From assembly GCA_037146775.1 (NCBI GenBank), contig JBAWWL010000002.1, positions 262,554 to 326,553 of the forward strand: DNA of 64,000 bases. The letters run 5' to 3'. The notes beneath the pieces were generated by a model that had not been told where the DNA came from, made no database searches, and saw only the letters and a program-made list of their open reading frames with translations. Each line of letters begins with the position of its first letter. Positions within the stretch are counted from its first letter, which is position 1. This DNA comes from Candidatus Omnitrophota bacterium. Lineage in GTDB: Bacteria > Omnitrophota > Gorgyraeia > Duberdicusellales > 4484-171. A program made the position numbers and the translations under genes. Shown one piece after another: positions 28,353 to 38,797 of this stretch.

Positions 28353-29165
28353 ATGCCGATGATAAAAAGAATAATAAAACGCATATTAAAAATCTTAGGG
28401 TTTACAATACGAAGATTACCCTCGAGCCGATATGGGAGTAAAAAAAGATTATTCACCCCATTGCGGTTTACAATGGAAGAGGCCCTGCAGCATATATCGA
28501 GCTTGGGCTATTCTCCTCCAATCATAATAGATGTTGGCGCTGCAGGCGGCACGCCGGCTTTACTGAATATCTTTCCGGATGCAAAATATATCTGGATTGA
28601 ACCGTTAAAAGAATTTGAGAGCCATCTCAATAAACTGTCGAAGAGATACAATGGGCAAGTTATTATTGCAGCTGCCGGTAAGCTTAGCGGAGTTTCTGTA
28701 ATTACGATTAGTCCGGATTTATATGGCAGTTCTTTATCATATGATAATTCGAATGAGAGCACATTAAGAGAAGTCAATACGATTAGGCTGGATGATTTAA
28801 TTGAAGAGCACAACTTAAAAAACAATATTCTTCTAAAAGTTGATGTTCAAGGGTATGAACTGGAGGTACTTGAGGGGGCTCAACACGTCCTGCAAGTTTG
28901 TGAGGTTGTGATTCTTGAGGTATCACTTTTTAAGTTCCAGCGGGATTATCCGGATTTTTCTGAAGTTGTTGAGTATATGAAAAAGAGAAATTTTGTTGTG
29001 TACGATATTGTAGACGGACATAATCGTCCACTCGACGGCGCATTAGCCCAGAAAGACGTTCTGTTTGTAAAAGAAAACGGCCGATTCAGGCAAAATCACC
29101 AATGGGGGACAGCCGAGCAAATCGAACAATTTAACAAAATATATCGGCACAATAAGAATAACTAA
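28353..29165 (+). CDS. FkbM-family methyltransferase
   Basis: IIDVGAAGGTP and LKVDVQGYELEVLEGA. Confidence 0.65.
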   Translation: MPMIKRIIKRILKILGFTIRRLPSSRYGSKKRLFTPLRFTMEEALQHISSLGYSPPIIIDVGAAGGTPALLNIFPDAKYIWIEPLKEFESHLNKLSKRYNGQVIIAAAGKLSGVSVITISPDLYGSSLSYDNSNESTLREVNTIRLDDLIEEHNLKNNILLKVDVQGYELEVLEGAQHVLQVCEVVILEVSLFKFQRDYPDFSEVVEYMKKRNFVVYDIVDGHNRPLDGALAQKDVLFVKENGRFRQNHQWGTAEQIEQFNKIYRHNKNN

Positions 29166-30475
29166 TGGAAAAAATAATACTTGTTTATCCAGATTATCGG
29201 GGTGGAGATATTTTTAATGGGCAATATTTGCCTGTAGGTTTAGGTTATCTCGCTAGGGCTCTTGAGAATGCACAAATCCAATATAAAACTATTGATTTGA
29301 ATATCGATTCTATAGATAAGCTGTTTGATGAAATAAAATATTTTCTTCCTCATTTTTTAGGCATCAGTATGATGAGCTTTCGCTGTAAGGCGACGTATCA
29401 ATTGATTGCGAATTTAAAATCTAAGTTCCCGAACCTTACTATAATTGTGGGCGGTCCGCACGTGGCCGCTAATAAAGATAAAGTTATGAAAGAGTGCCTT
29501 TTTGTAGATATCGCCGTATCTAGGGAAGGCGAAACCGCCTTGGTAGATATTGTTGGCGGTAGGCCACTGCCAACAATCAAAGGTATATTTTATCGGCAAG
29601 GTGCAAAAATATATTTCTCCGGAGAAAGAGATTTTATACAAAACTTAGACGATATAGATTTTCCAACATACAAAGGGTTTAATTTGAGTAGATATGGAAA
29701 ACGTATGCAGATATCTTCTTCTAGGGGCTGCCCTTACGAATGTATATTTTGTGGAGCCCCTGAGATTCTAGGTAGGTATTGGCGGAAGCGGAGCGCAAAG
29801 AGTATGATTGAAGAATTTGACTATTGGTATGAAAAAGGCTATAGAAATTTTTATTTTAATGATAGTAATTTTGCTGTTGATAAAATACGAATATGGAATT
29901 TTTGTGAGGAAATTAGAAAGCGCAATCCTAATGTGTCTTTTAGGAGCGATGGTTTACGCGCGGATCATCTTGATAAAGAATTACTTGTTCAGATGCGTGA
30001 GGCAAAATTCACTCATCTTTCTTTTGGAGTTGAAAGCGGCAGTGATAAGGTTTTATTAAATTTAAGAAAAGGAGAGACGCGCGCACAAATAGAAATAACT
30101 ATAGCAACAGCCGTTAATTTAGGGTTTTATGTAACACTTTTTTTCCTGCTTGGTTGCCCGGGGGAAGATAAAGAAGATATCAGGCAGTCTTTTCAGCTTG
30201 CCTGTAAATATAGAGTAGAGCGAGTTTATTTTTTTAATTTAACACCCATTCCGGGAACAGAATATTATCGGTGGGCTGTTGCAAAAGGTTATATTGATGA
30301 ATTTGGTGGTAACTATCCCGAGGATAGGTTCGGTTTTCCAGATAAAATGCTTTTTGGAACCGGAAATATGCCAAAAGAAGAGCTCATATCGTGGCGAAGG
30401 AGCGCACGATGGCTGGAACGAAAAATTAGGTGGCAGTTTCGCTTAGAAAGACTTACAAGAAAATTTATTTTGTAA
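29165..30475 (+). CDS. B12-binding-domain radical SAM protein (class B)
   Basis: N-terminal Rossmann-like region then SSRGCPYECIFC, a Cx3Cx2C motif. Confidence 0.7.
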   Translation: MEKIILVYPDYRGGDIFNGQYLPVGLGYLARALENAQIQYKTIDLNIDSIDKLFDEIKYFLPHFLGISMMSFRCKATYQLIANLKSKFPNLTIIVGGPHVAANKDKVMKECLFVDIAVSREGETALVDIVGGRPLPTIKGIFYRQGAKIYFSGERDFIQNLDDIDFPTYKGFNLSRYGKRMQISSSRGCPYECIFCGAPEILGRYWRKRSAKSMIEEFDYWYEKGYRNFYFNDSNFAVDKIRIWNFCEEIRKRNPNVSFRSDGLRADHLDKELLVQMREAKFTHLSFGVESGSDKVLLNLRKGETRAQIEITIATAVNLGFYVTLFFLLGCPGEDKEDIRQSFQLACKYRVERVYFFNLTPIPGTEYYRWAVAKGYIDEFGGNYPEDRFGFPDKMLFGTGNMPKEELISWRRSARWLERKIRWQFRLERLTRKFIL

Positions 30476-30479
30476 TGCA

Positions 30480-31958
30480 ATGCAGGTAGAGCATAATTCT
30501 TTACACACCGTTATTAGGATACAAGCCTTAGAATCTGTAAGGTGGACTTTTTTAGCCGAAGTCATCTCGCGGTTAATACAACCAATAGTTACTTTGATTC
30601 TTGCTCGCATTTTGTTACCAGAAGATTTTGGCCTTATTAGCATAGCAATGATTGTTATTGGGCTTGCTCAGCAATTCCAAGACTTTGGATTCGGGAAAAC
30701 ATTAATTCAGCGAGAAAATGAAATAGAGAAATCTGCTAACATAATTTTTTTATTAAATATTGCGTTTTCATTTATTCTGTATGGAATAATTTTCATTATC
30801 GCCCCTTTGGTCGCAAAGTTTTTTCATAATCAAAACGCAACTATTGTATTACGAATATTAAGCCTGCAAGTTATTTTGATTAGTTTTAGTATTGTTCAAC
30901 AGGCGTTACTTAGAAGAAATTTTAAATTTAAGGAGCTTTTTTTTATTAGAATTATTTCAGCATTATTCCCTGGTTTTGTTTCGATAGCCTTAGCCCTGTC
31001 AGGTTTCGGCGTATGGGCTTTAGTCTTTGGTGCGATAGCTAGTTCGGTTTTGCAAGCCTATCTTTTATGGAAATTAAGTTTATGGAGACCTAGAATATGT
31101 TTTGATTTTTCTTTGGCTTGGGAATTATTCCATTTTAGCAAATGGATAAGCTTAGAGATGTTTTTTGGATGGCTAATACTTTGGGGAGATTCTATAATAC
31201 TTGGTTATTTTCTTGGCGTAAAGGATTTGGGTATTTATCGTGTAGGGATAGCATGTTTGATATTAGTCTTTGATGTTATTTTTAATCCTTTACTGCCAGT
31301 ACTATTTTCCTTTTTTTCAAGATTGCAGCATGATGCAAAACGATTAAGACAGGAGTTTATCGCGATAAATAGGTTGGTGGCTTTAGTGTCATTACCACTA
31401 GGTGCAGGGTTATTATTTTTTGCACCCACTATTTCTCTTATGGTATTCGGACAAAAATGGTTAGGAATCGACATGGTTATTGGTTTGCTTGGTATTATGT
31501 ATGGTGTTGGATGGCTTGTAGGTATTAATCCAGAAATATATCGTGCTATAGGTAGACCAGATATACAGCCAAAATTATTAATGATAAGCGTATTATTTTA
31601 TATTCCGGTTTACATAGTTTTTGCGCGCTATGGGCTTTTCCAATTCTGCCTAGCAAGATTGGCATTGGCCATATTAATGATACCGTTTCATTTATGGATT
31701 TGTAGTAAGGTCATGAACATTGCTATATTCAAACTAGTACAAAATATGCTTCGTCCATCAGCCGGGGTCTTAATTGCATTAGGGTTAGTTTATCTTACTG
31801 ACAAGTTTATATTTTTAGGAACTTTTATTTGGTATCAGAATTTGCTCGCAATTTTATTATACTTGGCATTTTATATATTTCTTATGTGGATATTTGATAG
31901 AAAATTTATCCGAATAATCTATGTGCTGGCTAAAACAGTTATGGTTAATTTATCCTAA
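30480..31958 (+). CDS. oligosaccharide flippase (MOP/Wzx family)
   Basis: 492 aa with about 12-14 TM segments in a polysaccharide locus. Confidence 0.6.
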   Translation: MQVEHNSLHTVIRIQALESVRWTFLAEVISRLIQPIVTLILARILLPEDFGLISIAMIVIGLAQQFQDFGFGKTLIQRENEIEKSANIIFLLNIAFSFILYGIIFIIAPLVAKFFHNQNATIVLRILSLQVILISFSIVQQALLRRNFKFKELFFIRIISALFPGFVSIALALSGFGVWALVFGAIASSVLQAYLLWKLSLWRPRICFDFSLAWELFHFSKWISLEMFFGWLILWGDSIILGYFLGVKDLGIYRVGIACLILVFDVIFNPLLPVLFSFFSRLQHDAKRLRQEFIAINRLVALVSLPLGAGLLFFAPTISLMVFGQKWLGIDMVIGLLGIMYGVGWLVGINPEIYRAIGRPDIQPKLLMISVLFYIPVYIVFARYGLFQFCLARLALAILMIPFHLWICSKVMNIAIFKLVQNMLRPSAGVLIALGLVYLTDKFIFLGTFIWYQNLLAILLYLAFYIFLMWIFDRKFIRIIYVLAKTVMVNLS

Positions 31959-31986
31959 GATATTTTTCAAGATTATATTTATTTTA

Positions 31987-32709
31987 ATGGACAAAAAATT
32001 TGAATGTTATCGTGATTGGGAATACAAAAGATTAGGCGATTATCACAGAAATTTAGACCCTAATTGGTCTTATACGCCTACCTATCTTGTAAAGATGAAA
32101 TATATAAGAAATTATCTTCATTCTTTGCCGAAAAATCTTAGAATTCTTGATGCTGGGTGTGGTGAGGGAGTTTTAGTTGAAGAGTTTCTCACAAAAGGCT
32201 ATCAAATTACGGGTATAGATTTAAATTATGAAAGCGAATATGTGCAGCGCGCAGATATCTTGCATTTGCCTTACCCCGATAATACTTTTGATGTTATTTT
32301 GATGCTTGACATGATTGAACATATAAGCTTTGAGGATCAACCCCGAGCGCTTAGCGAGGCAAAACGTGTATTACGGCCGGACGGCGCGCTTGTAATGAGC
32401 GTTCCTAACCTAGTGCATCTAAATTCTCGGGTGCGCAATCTTTTAACCGGTAAATTCGACCGGACAGATAAAGAAGAAAATCATCCCGGTGAGCGGCCGT
32501 ATAAAGAAAACATAATGCTTTTAACGAACGCCGGTTTTGACATTAAAAAAATTAAAGGTATTACTCTCACTATGCCGTTTATTTATAGAGGAATTATTTG
32601 TCGTAGACCAGCTCGTTTTAGATGGTTGCACGATATTTTAAATATTTTTGCGATTCCCCAATTAGCTATGATTAATATTTTCGTTTGCAAGAGTATAAGT
32701 GGGTATTAA
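31987..32709 (+). CDS. class I SAM-dependent methyltransferase
   Basis: ILDAGCGEGV motif I; ATG at 31987 (MDKKFECY); the ORF-track start at 31921 is an over-extension into the flippase gene. Confidence 0.6.
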   Translation: MDKKFECYRDWEYKRLGDYHRNLDPNWSYTPTYLVKMKYIRNYLHSLPKNLRILDAGCGEGVLVEEFLTKGYQITGIDLNYESEYVQRADILHLPYPDNTFDVILMLDMIEHISFEDQPRALSEAKRVLRPDGALVMSVPNLVHLNSRVRNLLTGKFDRTDKEENHPGERPYKENIMLLTNAGFDIKKIKGITLTMPFIYRGIICRRPARFRWLHDILNIFAIPQLAMINIFVCKSISGY

Positions 32710-33346
32710 AGATCGTGTAGATATAATGTCACTAAAAAGATGGCGTTTTAAAGATTTTCTTATTAATCATGGCCTAATTATTACATATATTAGATTTATT
32801 TTAAGAGGATACAGAAAATACTTTAATATCTTTACTCACTTAAGAAAAAAAGAGCGGTTGCTTCTTTATAAACTCGCCCTTTCTCTTAAAAAGAATTCAA
32901 TCATAGTTGAAATAGGAAGTTATCTTGGCTCAAGCGCTGCATTTTTAGCTTGTGCAGCTAAAGATAGAGGCCACATGGTTTATTGTGTGGACACATGGAA
33001 GAATGAAGGTATGAGCGAGGGGTCGAGGGATACCTTTGCAGAATTTTGTATAAATATAGCATCGATACAGAGTTATATTCGTATTTTACGAGGCAATTCA
33101 GCAGAAATAGCAAGAACTTTTGATAGAGGAATCGATCTTCTTTTTATTGATGGTAACCACTCATATGATGGCGTAAAACAAGACGTAGAATTGTGGCTAC
33201 CAAAATTAAAAGATAATGGCATAATTATATTTCACGACGTAGCTTGGGAGGAAGGCGTGCAAAAAGTAATTAATGAATATATCCAGCCGATAGTGGAAGA
33301 AAGGGCTATATTAGCTAATACATATTGGGCAAAAGTAAAAAAATGA
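32699..33346 (+). CDS. class I SAM-dependent methyltransferase (CmcI/O-MT family 3-like)
   Basis: IVEIGSYLGSSAAFLA...LLFIDGNHSYDGV. Confidence 0.55.
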   Translation: MGIKDRVDIMSLKRWRFKDFLINHGLIITYIRFILRGYRKYFNIFTHLRKKERLLLYKLALSLKKNSIIVEIGSYLGSSAAFLACAAKDRGHMVYCVDTWKNEGMSEGSRDTFAEFCINIASIQSYIRILRGNSAEIARTFDRGIDLLFIDGNHSYDGVKQDVELWLPKLKDNGIIIFHDVAWEEGVQKVINEYIQPIVEERAILANTYWAKVKK

Positions 33347-35505
33347 ATAACATTAAGTTTTCTGTTATCATTCCTACTCATACAAGGACAGCATTGCTTT
33401 TAGGCGCGATAAAAAGTTTAGAAAAACAGACAATGAATAATTATGAAGTCATAATTGTTGATAATGCTTGTTCTGAAGAGGTAAAAACTATTGTTGAGGC
33501 TAACTACAAGAGTTTCGCTGCGAAGGGTTCAGCAATAAAATATATTCCAGAGCCAAAAATCGGCCTGCATAATGTGCGGCATCGAGGAGCAAAAGCGGCG
33601 CGGGGAGATATTTTAGTTTATATTGATGACGATGTTATCTGTGATGAGAATTTATTAGATGAAATTTTAAAACCGTATAGCGATTCAAATGTTGGTTGTG
33701 TAGGAGGTAAAATCTTGCCTAAGTGGGAGGTAATCCCTCCCGAATGGATACATAAGTTTCCCAAATGGTATTTGAGCCTACTGGATGACGACGAAGGCCC
33801 AAAAGAGAAACAATGGTTATACGGATGTAATTTTTCTATCCGTAAGAGCTTACTCTTTGAGCTCGGGGGTTTCAATCCCGATTCTTTTTACGATAAAAAG
33901 ATGTGGTGGGCTAGGGGCGATGGGGAAATAGGGCTTTTGCGAAAAGTGCATATTTTAGGCAAGAAAGTTATTTATAATCCTCGTGCTATTGTTTGGCATT
34001 TTATACCAAAGGAAAGATTGGCTATTGAGTTTTTCCAGTCGCGTGCATTTAAAAGCGGCGTAGAAACTTCTTTTACGAAATATCATTACAGCCCTCGATT
34101 AATTCATTTATTTCGCCTCTTACCGCGGGCTGCCGCTTTTGGGCTTACTTCGATTTTCTGTAGTATAGAAGCAATTTTGCTTAAAACCAATCGTTTTAAG
34201 GATAAGGTAAATTCGGCTTATTATAAAGGCCGCTGTTTTTACGAATGGAGATTAGCTGTAAATAAAGAATTACAGCAGTTTATAAAACAAAAAAATTGGA
34301 TTGATAATTCAACAAACGTACTGAAAAACACTAGCCACAGTATTGCACTTGTTCTAAATGGAGAAAAGCCGTTAAGTACGTATCCTTCAGTATGTAATAC
34401 TGCTCGATTAATGGCTGAGAATGGCTATGATATTACTTTATTCATTAGAGAAGATATGAAAGTCGATTGTACATTCAAAAATATAAAAATTATTAAATTT
34501 AAAAAAACTTTTCCTTCCGTATACGGTTTATTTAAAATATTAACTTGTTATGCAAAAGAATTTGACCTTCTTATCCCTTTTCATCCTGAAGAATTAATCG
34601 CCGTAGGATTAGCGAGTTTCATATGCAGGGTGCCTTTTATTTATTTTTGCTTAGAAATTATTGATTTTGATGAAATAAAAACTTTTAAGGCAAGAATACG
34701 CAAGCATTTTGAAGTACTCTTTAACAAAAATGCTGTCGCCACAATTGTTCAGGATGATGTACGAAAAGAGTTGATTAAAAAAGTTAATAAAATAGATAAC
34801 GCAAATATATTCTGCGTTCCAAATTCTTATATAGGGGTGGTAAAAGATAAAAGTGATTATTTAAGGCGTAAGTATAATATCGAAAAAGAAAAAACAGTTA
34901 TATTGTATGCTGGCGCCCTTGAGCGCTGGGCAATAGACGTTTCGCTCATTGAAGGCATCAGGCAGTGTAATGAAAATTGTGTTTTTGTTTTGCACGGGTG
35001 GAGTTATGACGGTTTCCTTGGAACGTTAAAACCATTAATTTCTACGTGTAATGAATCCAGTAAGAAAATTTATCTTTCATTGGATGTCGTTGGGGAAGAA
35101 GAATACAGCCAGCTTGTTTCATCCGCAGATATAGGTTTAGTTTGGTACAGAAGAGATTTTTCAAATAACGTTTCCAAGGTCGGCTTATCCTCTGGTAAAT
35201 TTGCCTCTTTTTTACGATGCGGTGTCCCGATTATTATCCCGGTATATCTTGAGGAACTCAAAAGTCTTATTAACAAATATAACATAGGTAGTATGGTTGA
35301 GAATGAATTTGGAATTAAAAAAGGTATAGAATCTATATTAATTAATTATAGTTCTTGCCGAGAAAATGCTTTTAAATTTTCTTCCCAACATCTTGATTTT
35401 AGTAAGAATTTCAATTGTATTTTAAAGTGGCTAAATATTTATCTAGGCAGTAAGCACGGTGTAAAAATATATAACAATGAAAATACCACGTTTTCAGAAA
35501 ATTAA
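33325..35505 (+). CDS. GT2 glycosyltransferase fused to a C-terminal GT-B-like domain
   Basis: N-terminal FSVIIPTHTRTALL...VIIVDNA...YIDDD are GT2 motifs; C-terminal VILYAGALERW...VLHGW is GT-B-like; 726 aa. Confidence 0.6.
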   Translation: MGKSKKMNNIKFSVIIPTHTRTALLLGAIKSLEKQTMNNYEVIIVDNACSEEVKTIVEANYKSFAAKGSAIKYIPEPKIGLHNVRHRGAKAARGDILVYIDDDVICDENLLDEILKPYSDSNVGCVGGKILPKWEVIPPEWIHKFPKWYLSLLDDDEGPKEKQWLYGCNFSIRKSLLFELGGFNPDSFYDKKMWWARGDGEIGLLRKVHILGKKVIYNPRAIVWHFIPKERLAIEFFQSRAFKSGVETSFTKYHYSPRLIHLFRLLPRAAAFGLTSIFCSIEAILLKTNRFKDKVNSAYYKGRCFYEWRLAVNKELQQFIKQKNWIDNSTNVLKNTSHSIALVLNGEKPLSTYPSVCNTARLMAENGYDITLFIREDMKVDCTFKNIKIIKFKKTFPSVYGLFKILTCYAKEFDLLIPFHPEELIAVGLASFICRVPFIYFCLEIIDFDEIKTFKARIRKHFEVLFNKNAVATIVQDDVRKELIKKVNKIDNANIFCVPNSYIGVVKDKSDYLRRKYNIEKEKTVILYAGALERWAIDVSLIEGIRQCNENCVFVLHGWSYDGFLGTLKPLISTCNESSKKIYLSLDVVGEEEYSQLVSSADIGLVWYRRDFSNNVSKVGLSSGKFASFLRCGVPIIIPVYLEELKSLINKYNIGSMVENEFGIKKGIESILINYSSCRENAFKFSSQHLDFSKNFNCILKWLNIYLGSKHGVKIYNNENTTFSEN

Positions 35506-36385
35506 GGAAATTAGCTCAAAGCCATGCTTTGACGAAAAAACTATACTTGACAGGGATTCTTCATATCCCAGAATAAGTATAATTACCCCTTCCTTAAACC
35601 AGGTAAAGTTTCTTGAAAGAACCATTCTTTCGGTATTAAACCAGAATTATCCTAACCTCGAGTATATTATTATTGACGGCGGGTCTTCGGACGGTAGCGT
35701 TGATGTAATAAAAAAATATGAAAAATATATTAGTTATTGGGTTAGTGAGTCAGACAGGGGTCAGGCTGACGCCATCAATAAAGGGTTTAAAAAGGCCAGC
35801 GGTGATTTGGTTGCTTGGCAGAATTCAGATGATATATACTTGCCGGGAGCTTTTCAGGAAATTGCTAAAGAATATAAAAAAAGGAGTGGCGAAGCGGTAT
35901 ATTTTGGCGATATTATTTTTATCGACGATACTGACAATATCCTAAGCATATATAAATTGTTACCTTTTGACTTTTTCAGCAATCTTTTTGAAGGTCCTCA
36001 AGCTCCTACTCAATCTACTTTTTTTAAAAAAGAGGTCTTTTCAAAGATCGGATTTTTAAGAGATGATTATGCTTTTTCATTCGACTATGAGTATCTATGC
36101 CGAATAGGATATAATAAGCTTAAGTTTAAGCATTTAGACTGTTTTCTTGGTTGTTTTAGATTGCATAAGAATTCTAAAACTTCTCAGATAAAAGAAATAG
36201 GCAAAAAAGAGCATAATTCTATCCAAGATTATTATATAAAAGTAGCCGGCTCTAAATGCCCTAAGTCGCTGGGGTATTTGTTTTGTAGAGCGAGAAAATG
36301 GTTAATTCTATTTTTCAGAGGAGATTTTAAGTATATAATTTATAAAATATATTCAAAATATGAAAATAAAGCAAGTCTTTATTAA
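35477..36385 (+). CDS. glycosyltransferase family 2
   Basis: ISIITPSLNQVKFLERTILSVLNQNYPNLEYIIIDGGSSDGS...YWVSESDRGQADAINKG; paralogue of the ORF at 1207..2079. Confidence 0.75.
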   Translation: MKIPRFQKIKEISSKPCFDEKTILDRDSSYPRISIITPSLNQVKFLERTILSVLNQNYPNLEYIIIDGGSSDGSVDVIKKYEKYISYWVSESDRGQADAINKGFKKASGDLVAWQNSDDIYLPGAFQEIAKEYKKRSGEAVYFGDIIFIDDTDNILSIYKLLPFDFFSNLFEGPQAPTQSTFFKKEVFSKIGFLRDDYAFSFDYEYLCRIGYNKLKFKHLDCFLGCFRLHKNSKTSQIKEIGKKEHNSIQDYYIKVAGSKCPKSLGYLFCRARKWLILFFRGDFKYIIYKIYSKYENKASLY

Positions 36386-37595
36386 CATAGCACTACTGAT
36401 TTTTAGTTTTATTATCTTTATGCTGATGTTGGAGTTTATTCTTAGGGGAGTTAATCTCTGCTATGGACTAAAATATATGTCAAACCACCATAGCGCTTTT
36501 TGTGAATATGATCGTCTTTTGGGATGGAGGCATAAAACAAATATTGAAAATATATTTTTAACAAGTGAATTCTCAACGCGACTACGTTTTAATTCGAAAG
36601 GTATCCGCGGGCCAGAATATTCTTACGATAAAGACAAAGATGAATTTCGAATACTCATCATGGGGGATTCATTTGCTGAAGGCTACGCAGTTAATTTTAA
36701 TGAGCTATTCTCTGAAGTTATGAAAGATAGATTAGAAAATAGAGGGGTCCGTTGCGAAGTTATAAATGCTGGTGTTGGGGGCTACAGCACAGACCAGGAG
36801 TTGCTTCTTTTTCAAAGCGAAATGAAAAAATATAAGCCCGATTTAACAATATTGATGTTTTGCTCGAATGATATTTGGTATAACAATCAACCGAGATATT
36901 CACGCGGTTATAAACCATATTTTGTGCTTAATGATGGTAAACTTATTTTAAAAAATGTTCCGGTTCCCCCTCCGGATAATATTAAAAATTTAAAGGATGC
37001 AAAAGAGCATAAAATGGAATTATCGCTAATGCTCGGCAAAAAATGGCTTTCCCGTCATTCATATTTATATCATTTTATTATAGAAAGAGTCAAGAATGTG
37101 GGTTGGCTGTATGAGGCGGCGATAAAACTTAATTTAGTAACTTCGCCCGAGGGTAGCGTATTGATTCCAGATGAATTCAAGGTTTTTGAAAAACAGTACG
37201 ATAGCGTAGTTTCTAACGCTTGGAAAGTTACGGAAGCGTTACTTGTTGAGTTCCGTAGAGAAGCAGTTGCCGTTAATAGCAGGTTTATCGTATTTTATAT
37301 TCCTGGTTCAGCGAATATTTATGTAAAAGAATGGGAAGATACAAAGAAAAAATATAATATTTCTAGTGAATTCTGGAGTACTGACCGGGTTGGAATTGAG
37401 CTGGGCATTATTTGTAAAAAGAATAATATTGATCTAGTTGATTCCACGGAACCCATGAAAATTGCGTCAAATGAACTTACGAAGAATAATGAGGGATTAT
37501 ATTATGTCAAAGATGGCCACTGGAACATTAAGGGGAATAAGCTTGTCGGCGAACTCCTGGCTGAGCTTATTTATTCCGGTTACACAAATAGATAA
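36360..37595 (+). CDS. SGNH/GDSL hydrolase-family protein with N-terminal TM anchor
   Basis: ILIMGDSFAEGY is the GDS(L) block I motif; DGHW near the C-terminus is a block V-like motif. Confidence 0.6.
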   Translation: MKIKQVFINIALLIFSFIIFMLMLEFILRGVNLCYGLKYMSNHHSAFCEYDRLLGWRHKTNIENIFLTSEFSTRLRFNSKGIRGPEYSYDKDKDEFRILIMGDSFAEGYAVNFNELFSEVMKDRLENRGVRCEVINAGVGGYSTDQELLLFQSEMKKYKPDLTILMFCSNDIWYNNQPRYSRGYKPYFVLNDGKLILKNVPVPPPDNIKNLKDAKEHKMELSLMLGKKWLSRHSYLYHFIIERVKNVGWLYEAAIKLNLVTSPEGSVLIPDEFKVFEKQYDSVVSNAWKVTEALLVEFRREAVAVNSRFIVFYIPGSANIYVKEWEDTKKKYNISSEFWSTDRVGIELGIICKKNNIDLVDSTEPMKIASNELTKNNEGLYYVKDGHWNIKGNKLVGELLAELIYSGYTNR

Positions 37596-37657
37596 AAGTA
37601 GAGATAGTTCGATTTATTAGCAATTAATTTGTGACATATTAAACAGAAGGTTTCATC

Positions 37658-38797
37658 ATGCTATCTTTTATTTTTTGTTTATCATTGTTTATGTTGTTTT
37701 ATACATTTATCGGCTATGGACTTTTAATTTTTCTACTGTCTCGAATTCTTAATAAAAAAACCGATAAGAAAATATTTCTTCCAAGGATTTCTATTCTAAT
37801 CGCTGCCCATAATGAAGAAAAGGCAATCGAGCAGCGTATAAAAAACATTCTTTCCTTAGATTATCCCAAGGAACAATTGGAGTTAATTATTATTTCAGAT
37901 GGTTCAACTGACCGCACGGTTGAAATAATTAAGCAATTGAAGGTAGAAAATTTAAGGTTCATTCAGCAAGAAGAAAGAATCGGAAAAGTTTCTTGTTTAA
38001 ATAAAGCTGTACCGCTATGTAGCGGAGAAATTGTTGTATTTAGTGATGTGCGGCAGCGTTTTGAACTAAATGCAATCAAGGAATTAACTGCACATTTTGC
38101 TGATACGAAGGTTGGTGTGATGAGTGGAGAATTGTGTTTTGAAGATGAGGGAAAGACTATAACTGGAGAAGGAGTGGATTTTTATTGGAAGTATGAGAAA
38201 TTCCTGCGTAAAGCTGAAAGTAAGTTAGATTCAATGGTTGGCGCGACCGGTGCAATTTACGCTATCAGAAAAAACCTTTTTAAACCGATACCTGCAGACA
38301 TTCTGCTCGATGATGTATTAATTCCTATGAATATTGTTATGCAGGGGTTTAGATGTGTTTTTGAACCAAAAGCCCTTGCTTATGATCATGTAGCCAGAAC
38401 CGGTCATGAGGAAGCAAGGAGAAAAATTAGGACTATTGCCGGAAATTTTCAGCTATTTTTTAGGTTACCGCAATTGCTCAATCCTTTTAAGAATCGAATT
38501 TGGTTTCAGGCCTTTTCGCATAAGTTTCTGCGCCTTATCGCGCCAATTTTTATAGTTTCTCTTTTAATATCCAATATATTTCTTATGAACAAGCCAATAT
38601 TTAAAATATTTTTAACATTGCAGGTACTTTTTTATGTTTTTGTAATCATCGGATATATTTTGCGCAGGGTTAATTTGCGGTGTAGAATATTTTCTATTCC
38701 TTACGCATTTATGTTGCTTAATCTTATTACCGTGAGGGCATTTTGGGAGTATTTATTTTTTAAGCCGGAGAGGATATGGAGAACAGGAGAAAAGTAG
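37658..38797 (+). CDS. membrane glycosyltransferase family 2
   Basis: ISILIAAHNEEKAIEQRI...LELIIISDGSTDRT...FSDVRQ between N- and C-terminal TM helices. Confidence 0.65.
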   Translation: MLSFIFCLSLFMLFYTFIGYGLLIFLLSRILNKKTDKKIFLPRISILIAAHNEEKAIEQRIKNILSLDYPKEQLELIIISDGSTDRTVEIIKQLKVENLRFIQQEERIGKVSCLNKAVPLCSGEIVVFSDVRQRFELNAIKELTAHFADTKVGVMSGELCFEDEGKTITGEGVDFYWKYEKFLRKAESKLDSMVGATGAIYAIRKNLFKPIPADILLDDVLIPMNIVMQGFRCVFEPKALAYDHVARTGHEEARRKIRTIAGNFQLFFRLPQLLNPFKNRIWFQAFSHKFLRLIAPIFIVSLLISNIFLMNKPIFKIFLTLQVLFYVFVIIGYILRRVNLRCRIFSIPYAFMLLNLITVRAFWEYLFFKPERIWRTGEK

